Assembly: GCA_000320545.1 (NCBI GenBank)
Contig: ADNK01000862.1
Coordinates: 62,001 to 126,000 of the forward strand
Source of the DNA: Bigelowiella natans CCMP2755
Taxonomy: Eukaryota; Protista; Cercozoa
Direction of reading: 5' to 3'
DNA: 64,000 nt
Shown here: in pieces, positions 42,632 through 52,877 of the stretch
Layout: each line of letters starts with the position of its first letter
Numbering within the stretch: position 1 is the first letter of the stretch
Made by a program: the position numbers and the translations under genes
The notes under the pieces: generated by a model
Database searches by the model: none
What the model was told of the DNA's origin: nothing
The model's input: the letters and a program-made list of their open reading frames with translations, nothing else

Positions 42632-42710
42632 AGGGAGACCTAAAATGAAACCAGTTCACGAAAGTCTGGTCTTTCCAGAGTTGAATTGGCGGATCATGAA
42701 TCAGTTCCAA
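42632..42710 (+). promoter_or_regulatory. SECIS element (type II) in the msrA 3' UTR
   Basis: ATGAA core at 42645-42649; ccagttca (42651-42658) pairs with tgaattgg (42682-42689); unpaired AAA at 42661-42663, 11 nt after the core; apical mini-helix tctgg/ccaga; 3' GGAT at 42691-42694 completes the GA/GA quartet. Confidence 0.82.
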
Positions 42711-42833
42711 ACCATGAGCTGAGGTGCATTCCCTCCATGCTGCAATGCAGACCGATTTGTTTTTTTGTCAAGCACTTACTCATCATTTCAATTAGTTTCG
42801 TTTCTCTGATTACTTTTCATTGTGATCAACGTA

Positions 42834-43285
42834 ACCAGTGCAATGACGAACCCCAATTCAAAGGGCAATGATGCATGCGCGAACGCACAGCAAATTTGAA
42901 CCCGTCTTGCTAGCTTGCATGTCATGTGGTTTGCAAATTGGAAAAAATGAAACTTGCAAACGGACAGTGCAACCCAGCATGGCATTGCTTTTTTCCGATC
43001 ATGCAGATCGCCACAGATCTGTCTAGCCATGACAATCTAGCAATGCATGATTGCACTGGTTGGCCTCTGCATGCATGTGGCCTCGATCTCTGTCTGAGTC
43101 GATGGCAGTTTCACACTTTGCATGCGCAGCGTTCATGCGTTGCCACAATGAATTTTTGATGTTTTCCGCATGTTTTGTGACACAATGGCTCGCAGGACAA
43201 TGAACAATGAACAATGAACAATGAACAAAAGCGTTGATCAAATCTACATGCGCAAGAACCACATGGATTCACCCGAACTGTTCGC
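42834..43285. other. TpA-depleted tract including a (TGAACAA)n array at ~43197-43229
   Basis: Four TA in about 450 bp: three ctag and one ctac. Confidence 0.8.
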
Positions 43286-43852
43286 TAATTTTGTGATTTT
43301 TAAACTCGTAAAGATCGAGATTCACAGTCTTAGGTTTGGTATCATTTGGACTGAATATTCGGAACGAATTCCCAACATTTTATTTAGGAGCGTCTAACCC
43401 GAATAAATGTCGTACGCCTCTTTTGCCTCAATTCAATAAACATAATGAGATTTCTGTACTGCGACAACGATTATCTGTGTCATCACATTGCAAAGGTCAA
43501 AGTCGAAAATCTTCGGATTTCCTAGGATTTCCTAGGATTTCCTAATTTCTTTCCATTTCTTTTTTTTAATGAATTGCTGACACCGGACAATTCCTAAATT
43601 GTTGTGCTAGGTTTCGATCCTCCTACCAAAAGTCGCATGAAAGAAATGCCATTGAATGTATTTCATTTTCAGTCAGAGAATTCTGTTGCAATTGCAAAAA
43701 ATGTTGCAAGTCCGAGATGCGTGAAGAAAAACAAGCACGCATTTTTCACAATTAAAGATTTTATTTCTGACGCACGCTACGAAGGCAGGCTGTTTTTGTT
43801 AGCCTCCCTTGGCGATCCTTACCAAATATCATCCTCACAAACCTCAAGGACG

Positions 43853-46800
43853 ATGAGATCGGAAGATGAGATTTTTGCAGATAGTGTGTTAGCAGATCCA
43901 AACCAAGAAAATAGGATGGAAGTAGATGATAGTGGTGAAATCAGTGTAGATCGTGCACCTCAGAATACCCTTGCAATCATCAAATCTGAGAACTATGAAG
44001 GAGAGGTTAAATTGCGTAACAAAATGTTGGTTACGTTTGCAGCTGTCCATCCATTCGAGATAAAGCGTGATGATGTATTTAAGGCGTACTTTAAAGATGC
44101 TTCACCATTATACGAAAGATTAATAAAACCGGATGAGGAAATGAAAATCCAACTCATGTATGAATCTCGTCGACCCGTTAGGGATCTTACGAAAGATAGC
44201 TGGACCGAAAACGCCAAAGCTCGTGCAGAGAAATTGGATAACGAGATGGGGGAGAAAAACGCTTACTTTCGTTTAACTGATGCAAAGGTACCAGAATGCT
44301 AACGAAAGATGATATGATGACTCCCTAAAATTTCTCTGAATTTATTGGTCTTTCGGTTTTCAACTTCTCGCTGAAGTAGTTGACATTCCTTAGGGAAAAT
44401 TTTTAACAATAGAGAGGATGAGTGATGGGAAAACATGCTACACAGCCCCCAATGCGCTTTATGGTTCAACCAAAATGAAAGAACAGGGATCTAATAAGGA
44501 ATCACAACGTCCCCGGGAGGACCAAAAAGGCGGTGAGGATGCTCAGAGTGGCTGGGGGAAAATTGCTCAATTCTTTGAAAAGCTCCCCGAAGTCCTCAGC
44601 AAATTTCGTCAAATTATCATACCATTCGTTTCACCCAATACACTTACTCAAACCTGTACATCCAGTATGACTTCCCAGGGAAAGGAAATGATATAATAAA
44701 TGCAAAAGAAGTTCGCGGTCCAGCTTTCCACTTAATCCCTAAAGGAAATATTTACGGAAGAAAGGTCTTATCTGTATTTAAGTGCAGTGAAAATTTTGAT
44801 TTACTAAGCGAATTCTTCATTAGTATTTTGTTGTATCGGATATGCGGGAAAAGAAGAACATTAAGCTACTGACTGAATATGGTAGAACCGTTATCGCAAC
44901 ATCATAAACCGAGTTGATCTGTCATAATAACAGAAGATGATGATGTTTCGTTCAATGTCTATTCTTACGAGTTGGATGGAAAACCTGCGATAGGATTTTC
45001 AGCTCAACAGGCAACTTATCCCTTCTAGCTTTATATTAGTTTAGTCAGGCTTCCAACGTTGCAGGTTCAAAGTTTATTTCCCGAACTAGTGGAGGATCAT
45101 GACGGAAAAATAATGGTTGACATAGTGGGATTGATGGCTGCCACCTTCTTGAAGATGCAAAAATACCAATTTAAGATTCGGAATAATCAAAATGAGATAA
45201 AGGAAGAAATAGACAATCTTAAGTCTAAACTGTTCGTTGTGAGTACTAAGGTCAAGGTGAGTACAAATTTTTTAAACAAGCTAACATGAAAACTTACTCT
45301 TTATTTGTATCTTGCAGCGCTGTTTGGAGAGCAAATCAAGTCTGATCATACCAAATTCAACTGCTGATCTCTTGATGGACCATCTCAGTGATGACGGCAA
45401 AAACGCTATTGAGTGTCAGAGAAAGCCACTGAAACTTTATAATTATCAGCAAAAAGCCGTTGAAAAATTCAGAGGAGACAATATAATCGTTGTCTTGGGA
45501 ACAGGGATGGGGAAAACTTTAATAGCAGTGAAGGCGATTGAGCATGTGATGAGAACGAAACAAAGTGCAAAGATTATGTTTGTAGTGCCGAACAATTCTC
45601 TTTTAGAGCAGCAAGCAAACTACGTAAGAAAGCATTTGACATTAAAAGACGGCGAGCAAGTAACAATTTCTACCTTGGCAGCTGAGGTTGCTGATTAGAA
45701 CGATATCTCCTAACATCACCGGCATTAAATAAGTTACATGTGTTTGTGTGCTTGTGTGTTGTTTATTGCTTAAGTTAACATACCGGTTTGATAATAACCA
45801 ATGGGAAGAAGTTGTGTCCGTCAGCGACGTAATGATGGGAACACCTCAAATTTTCTATGACGCTGTTTCTTACGGGTAAGCCCAACAACACATTTTCGTA
45901 CATATTCAAAGTCATGTTCTATGAAAAGATATCTGAATCTGGAGAAAGTTGATCTCCTTATCCTTGACGAAGTGCACAACGCAAAGAAGAAAAGTGCTAT
46001 GGCGAAGCTGTGTGAGGTACACAACGTGGCCAGATGCTTCAATAATTCTTACTCAGAGCAGCTTCAAAATGTCTTTGAAGGAATTTCGAAAACTGGAATC
46101 GTCTCCAAGGATTCTTGGTCTCACAGCTTCCCCGATAAATACAAAGGATTCAATCCCTGCAGAAGATATGAAAACTCTGCAAAAGGTTGTGCAGGCACAG
46201 ATTTGGGTACACGACGGAATTGAGAAAAAAAGGGAAAGAAAAATCGATTTCGAGGAAATATTCTACGTACAACAAGACCAGCCTCTCCCTTCAAAATATT
46301 CACTGACAGATCTCCTGGCTGGAATAAATTTGAAGAAAAAGGACATCCTCATAAAATCCCAGAGGACAGTCTACAAAGAATTGGGAGAGAGTGCCTTTTT
46401 ACACCATGTGAAGATCGCTTGGCCAAAAATGTTTGGGCAAAAAATTGAAGTGAGTGCCACCTTTCTTTATTCCATGACACCACAACGAATCTTTTTTCTC
46501 ATGTTATTCTTTTAGCTTTTCAAAATGCTTCGCTATCAATGCAAGGATTCGAGTCGATCGGAGAAAATTTCGGCCAAATTAGAAGCATATGAGGAGGCAT
46601 ACAAAAACTATCGAAAGAAACTTGCAACCCTGTCATGGAGTGACCAAAAAAATGCATATTCTGATAAATTGCAGAAATTGCTTTCAAAATTAGAACAAGA
46701 AAAGTCATCGAAAACAATTATATTTGTCAAAGAACGTGTGCTGGTGTATCCTCTGGTGCACACTATAAATGAATTTTTCCGGTAAATGCAAAGCAGAGTC

Positions 46801-48924
46801 GCACTTAGTGAAACTAAAATGTGGTGAGAAGTCGGTTTTTCACGTCGACCGCGGCCCTTTTGCGAGAGCAATAATATTTTTGTGCCATTATTTTTATTTA
46901 GGTGCCACATCGTTTGTGATTCTGCTGTTCTTTACTGATTTTGTGCACTGAAACTCTTTGTCTTAAACATCGTTCTGAAGATATCAAAATCCCTATTTGA
47001 TACTAGAAGAGAAATCTGTGGTGGCATCATGAGTACAAGCCATCAGTCATTCGAAGAGCACAAAAAAGTGAAAGGAAACTTTCGGGGATCGCGTTTGAGA
47101 ATCTTAGTGTCTTCCCCAGTTGGGGACGAGGTTTGTTTATTTATTAAAACCAGCTCCAGCTCTTATTTCTTGACTGTATTTAGGGACTAGATTTTCCAAT
47201 GTGCAGTTGCATATTTCTGTTTAGCAAAGCAGAGAACCGTCTTCAGTGGATTCAAAAGTTGGGAAGAGCTCGAGCAGAGAATTCGAAAGTATATCGAAAA
47301 AATCCCAAACAAAAAGACAGATGGTCAAAAGTTGAAGTTGATGAACTAACATTATAGGCCTTCATCTTCGAAAACAATGTAAATGAGGAAGAAGCTGCAA
47401 GGAGGGAAATGAAACGTGTTTCTCGAGATCCCTCCATACAGGCTGTTGAAGAGGAGCTGATTAATGTGCAACATTTACGACTCCTTATTTCCGCTAATCC
47501 GTCAGCAATTTTGTGGTTCTAAGGAACGTAAAAGAACACAAGCTGATTCACTGGATCATTTCTTTGCGGAGGGCAAGGGGAAAGTGAACCTTTCTAATTC
47601 TCAGATCATGTACGAAGGGTACTGTGCCAAGGTTTGTCCCTTTGTGGTTGACAGAAGTTTTCTATGTAGCCCCCTGTATATACAAATGGAAGTGAAAAGG
47701 CGCGTTTAAATTTTTAATTAAATCTAGGCTATGAGTAGGATGAATAGGTCTCAGGATGGAATGTGGGAATATAATATCAAAGGACAAAAGGTATTAGTGC
47801 TTAGATCTAACTACAATGCCTTGATTGTTGGGTATTGTAATTTGCAGCGCATAGTCGTGAGTTTGTCGTTTCCAACTCCAAGTGGAATCAAGAACATAAG
47901 TATTGCTGCAATGCAAGGATGCAAGCCTAAGGTCGTAGAAATGTTTTCACTTTTGTAAATGTTGAATTATAAATTTTGGACCAGCTACGAAATAATGGCC
48001 TGCCTTTCAACAAACTTGCAAAATCGTATCTCTGCTATCTTGCAATGATCAGACTACACAGAGAAGGTCAGCATTACTTTTGATGGTGTGATGTACATCA
48101 AATAATAGTACAATTAGGGCTGCTGGACAATTACGGAAAACCGCTTCTGAATCTTTCTCAATGCGAAGAAATCAGCAATTCTTGCAAACAACTTGTTCAC
48201 GAACGTGTCGATGGTGCGCTAAAATTGACACTTCCGCAGTCGGTTGCCACAGGAAGGAATGTGACCACACAAAAGGAAAACAACATCATTGATTCTTTTT
48301 TGGCTCACAAAAATGTTGGAAAATCGAATGGTGATGACGTGCTTTCAGAAGATGCAAAATCAAGCATCTGCACATTGCATTCCACTGGTGAGACACATGT
48401 GGTGATGGCAGCTTCATCTTCCCAGCCACAAAAAGCTAAAAGAATGGCACAACAGTCAGAAGCGAAAAATCGTAGAAGTATGTCCTCAGAAATAGACAGT
48501 CACGACAGAAGTAGTAGCTGCATGGAAATGCCGGAAAGGAAGTCCTCGTTGCCTGTTTCCTTTTGGAACATTTTTATCTTTTTCCTTGTCTTCATCTTTC
48601 CTTTGTGCTTCTCCTTGACGTTTGTTTGAAGCTCTGTTCTGTGCCCGAATTTGTTGCCACCGAGTGAACGCTTCTTCTACACATTTACGCAACCATCTAG
48701 CGACCATGCATGGTGACAATTGCTACAAGATTGAAAATTTGGTCAGGAGAAGGAGAAATATATATATATATATATATATACATACATATATATATTTCGG
48801 CATCTTGGTTTTCATCAATGAGTGCTTCATCCGTCATCTGAAATTGTACTCGACAGCAAAGACGTATTGTCAAAGCACCTTCGTTTTGGTGAACCCCCAA
48901 ATCTCAGCCACATCATGCATTTAG
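43853..48924 (+). CDS. Fusion protein: unknown N-terminal domain + peptidase S74 (intramolecular chaperone) + coiled coil + Dicer-type DExD/H helicase + DUF283; no PAZ/RNase III seen; 3' end uncertain (48629 or 48924)
   Basis: GNIYGRK|YFVVSDMREKKNI (44745-44862), IGFSAQQ|VQSLFPELV, coil NNQNEIKEEIDNLKSKL. Helicase: LYNYQ, LGTGMGKT, GTPQIF, LILDEVH, ILGLTASP, IIFVKER, VGDE|GLDFP, WIQKLGRARAENS. DUF283-like: VNLSNSQIMYEGYCAK ... KLAKSYLCYLAMIRLHRE|GLLDNY. Confidence 0.85.
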
Positions 48925-49548
48925 CGTGGCTCACAATTCTTAGCTTCTCAATGTATTCGCGCAACAGTAGCCATAGAACATCTATTACTATTGCAGTGTG
49001 TACAAAATATGAAATAAATCTACTGTGAGAGATGGATGTAAAAAATCGCGAGACACTTGCATGTCAGGTCTGCGATATCGATGTGCAGGGTACATGCACA
49101 CAAACACTTTTTAAATGCATGAAGCACATGACAGCTCAGAGAAATAGACATCACACAGATGAGCGCTGCAGCCGTTGCTTTGCATAGCGGTACATAGCTA
49201 GATACGATGGCTAACAAAAAGATTTGATGAAGTTGCAAGCAGAAGTATGCTCAATGTCTACATGACCATGCTCTGGATGAATCTGTCGCAAACCCCAATC
49301 GACATGTTTGTGGTCATAGTTTTATTAAAGCCATCATTGTGCGCATGCCTACAAATCTAAACATGGTTTCAATGCAGCCGCGTTACTACTGCGACACATT
49401 GTCTTACATGTTGTCGACGAGAGGAGCATGAAAATAATTAAATCATGCACAAAGTTTAAGTATGCATGATGTGTGTTCAAATGAACAAAAGTGCCAGCAT
49501 TTCATCAAGTTGTCATTGTTCAGATGTTGTCTGCATTTCATGCCGTGT

Positions 49549-50829
49549 TTACTGTTGCATTAATTTTTTGGACTCTCGTACAAAATTTCCTGCCGCCCTA
49601 ACGAATTTTCCCAGCTTGTCAGAGGCGCCAGTTAAGATAATTTGTACCTGAATGTAGACATTCATTCAAAACAAAGTATTGATCGGAAAGCATTATCAAC
49701 TGCGTTTATGAAGAGTCAGACTAGAGGAAATAAATACGCATGGTCTTTTGAATGTGAGTGAAACTTAGTAATGCAACTTGAGCAATAATATCTCCCTATG
49801 TGCACCGCCATCATCATTGTGAAAAGAAGAACAAATAGATCATGAGTTGAGAAGTGTCTTTTCGACCCTGAATTTCAGGGAAATTAAAAACACAGCTTGA
49901 ATCTAATGGCTAAGCAAGAACGGTGAATAGTGCACATGTGTAACCATCATGCAAGTCCATAAATTCAAAAATGCCGGACATCTCACCCTCTTCTTGCTGG
50001 TGGTATTCTTCCTCTGAAACACCTTGATTTTGCTGATGTCCCCTGTTATGTAGTCCAAGATATCCATGTCTTCCCCGTCACAAACAACCTATGCATTTAA
50101 CATGCTTAAGTCATGAGCAACTGTCTGAAACACAACTGCCTGGTGCAAGCAGGGACGTTACAAAATATGTGAGAGAGAGCGCGATTCGCGCCAATAAGAA
50201 TTTTAGCAATCGTATCTCCACCGAGAACAGCAATATATGGGTGAAAAGTGCGCATGAGATGAAACATAAGCATGCATCTACAAGGATGTCAGACCCGAAT
50301 CGTAGTTGACGAAACGTCGGCCGAGTAAGGCTGAGTAAAATTGAGAGGGGGGAAGGTACAATTAATTGTGTGTGAGGCACTATAAGCATGTAAACATTTG
50401 CGATGACGCTAAAGATACTGTGGCTATGGTGTTTCGTTTATTGTTGTGCTTTTATTGTTTTATTGTGTCTAGCGTGATGGTTTTCTTACACTCGCATTCG
50501 CTTTCTGCTTTACTGTTAGCTTGTGGTTGTCGAAATTTAGATGAACTTTCTGTTCCTTCTCCCTTTTTGATTTAACTTTCTTCTCCGAAGCATCGACATC
50601 ATCAGGCGGGCCCGATTTCAATACCAATTTTCCTATTTCATAGTCCTGATCACAGAGAACCCCGGGATAAGATTTAGTGTCTTACAATTTCAGAGGAGAT
50701 CGTGGAATTTGCGACAGCGCGACGGGCCCTGTTCCCAGCGACATTCCTGTGATCAATGGCCCATGTGATGAGAGTGAGAATCTGAGAATAACTGTGTAAC
50801 TCTAGATTCTGATGGGAGAACGTAGCCAT
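49549..50829 (-). CDS. Hypothetical protein, multi-exon
   Basis: In-phase exons ...ANSTISSEI|DYEIGKLVLKSGPPDD...KQKANAS|, VVCDGEDMDILDYITGDISKIK, and terminal VQIILTGASDKLGKFVRAAGNFVRESKKLMQQ-TAA (49549). Confidence 0.5.
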
Positions 50830-51101
50830 TGATGTGCACAGTGCAGAGTTGTCAACATGACAGAAAGTGTTGGGCCTTCCAAAACATGCACATGCATCCA
50901 TCAGCCTTGTTTTCCCACTCTGGTACTCGCAAACGCATGATGTGCACATGTGCACATGCACATGTGTCAAATCAATTTGTGCGTTTACACAATTTTGAAG
51001 GCAGGCTTGAATGTCAAGAAGGATGACATGCACTCACGTTTCTGCACAAACCAAATCGAACAAAATGTCATGCAGACACGTCCAAACCTTGGCAGTTCCT
51101 A

Positions 51102-52877
51102 GAAAGAGCAACAACCATGCTGCGAGCCGCACAAAAATTTTCGATTCCTTCCCCATCATTCTGTTGACCTCGCACAGTCATGCAGGAGGGGGCGTTGAGA
51201 GCTCACGAGTTTCTCCGAGTCCAGCACCGCGCGAGTCGGGGTCCGCGGTTCTCGTCCGGATGAGCTTTGATTTCCCCAAACACACACAGACACACAGACA
51301 CACAATCACAAATTCGAAAATTTGAATTTGTTCAAATTGTCCGCAGCGGCTGTGGGCCGATTTTGCGAAGAAACCCCAGTGAAAGCGGCCGTCTCTTTCC
51401 CAACAACAACCCAAAAATCAAAAATCAAAAATTGAAAATTGGACCCAAAAAAACAAAAGAAAGCAGAAAATGACGGAGAAAACTTGGGAAAAAGGCCTTG
51501 GAAGAATCCAGGAATCACGCCAACCCAAGAACCCCCCCCCTCTCTTCATGGCGCTCTCATCGCCCCTGTGCTGCGCAACCACATCCCCCGCTCGATGGTG
51601 AAAAAGGGGCATCTCAGTGGAAGGAAAGACAGAGACTGGGGAATGCAGAAAAAGAGAAGAGAGGCAGGAGGGGGGTCAGGGTTGGGGTTGGTGCTCGACA
51701 ACGTGGAAGAGACCACAAAGGTGAAATCTGAACGCAAGAAGTCATCAATGAAAAAGAACAAAGTGTCAAAACGTCTGGAAAACCTGGAGAAAAGCATCAA
51801 AAACTTGATGTTGCTTGTCAAGGACGGATCCACACGCTTGACTGTGAACACGAAACAACGTGTGAACCACTTCCGTGTGTTTTCTTGTGAGGCAACTCAG
51901 TGATTGTGTGATCGTGATTCTGCGTGCATGAACGTGCATCCATCAGTGCACGATCTGCACACAACACACAGCGTTGCGTGCACTCGTGATGCACAGAACG
52001 TGCCTCGTCTCAAAACGGAGTGTCTCTCACGTGCATCAAGGATGTCAAGAATCGTTTCAAACACGACTCAGATTGTGCTTCATTGAAGTTGCACAACGCA
52101 CACGCAGGATCACGCACGACCTGATCGAGTGCACACGTTCAGCGGGCAGTGGAGTGACGTGATGGGACGAACGAACACGTGGTGCACGGCCAGTGCACGT
52201 GCAAAAAGCTTGTTGATCACGTGCACACGCACAACAAAGAACCCACGTTCGTGCACATCGTTGATGCGAATCGAAACGAACGGATTGATTCACACTTGTG
52301 TGCAACACTTGACCTGCACCTCACGAAGAGGATGAAAAAGAATTGATGCTCACCACGGACACGTCACATCGTGCACACGTCGTGTGCACTGAGACAAGTG
52401 ACATCGCACCTGGACAGGCATGCGTGTGTGTGCGCACCTGCAGGTGTGACAAACAAGACAAGCCTCTGCACAATCGTGTGAAAGATTTGGAAAACTTTTG
52501 TGAACCAAGTGTGCACCGAACGCTGTCACGCAATGACTGGGTGCATGACTGCGCTTCACGAGCGACGTGGGTGGGTGGCCAACGCGCATCGTGTCTGGAA
52601 GTGCGTTTGCAGAATTCATTTCTGACATCGAGCGGGAAGATCGATGCCATCTCTGAATCCAACGACAACTTGCATCAAAATGTCATTCACCAAGATCACA
52701 TTTTGTCATTTGAGCTGTTTTTTGTCGCTTGTGCGCTCACTGCCACCACTGACGAGACAATCATTGCTTTCCAAACTCATTGAGCACCCTTGATTGATGA
52801 TTCTTGCTTTCTTGCTGGAATCTGGTGACTGCAACATTCCAGATTCCCGATCTTCACTGCTCACTGTCACTGGTTGG
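51102..52877. other. Completely TpA-free tract (~1.78 kb); probably a mutated repeat/TE relic plus the 3' end of the DUF389 gene
   Basis: Line-by-line reading finds no TA between cctag (51100-51101) and ggtat (52878-52879); CA, TG and CG are abundant. Confidence 0.92.
51180..51900 (+). mobile_element. Possible 5' fragment of a degenerate retroelement (GC-rich leader, A-rich linker, Lys-rich coiled-coil ORF1-like frame)
   Basis: Intronless basic frame 51439-51903 with VSKRLENLEKSIKNLMLLV coil; no RT, endonuclease, TIR or LTR seen. Confidence 0.3.

Noticed and set aside
42696-42725. Second SECIS-like hairpin (atgaatcagttccaaaccatgagctga)
   Set aside because: Helix only ~7 bp and no properly placed 3' GA; the 42645-42694 structure fits the consensus much better.
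43515-43545. 3 x ggatttccta tandem upstream of the S74-helicase gene as a regulatory site
   Set aside because: A real micro-tandem, but nothing supports function over slippage.
51904-52783. Overlapping Cys/His-rich ORFs on both strands (also at 38750-39320, 55060-55670, 62400-63130)
   Set aside because: Artefact of TpA loss: TAA/TAG stops and Tyr codons cannot occur, so frames stay open. No family motifs or splice structure.
43853-52877. Causal link between the Dicer-like helicase gene and neighbouring TpA-free tracts
   Set aside because: Only proximity; similar tracts flank unrelated housekeeping genes across the window.
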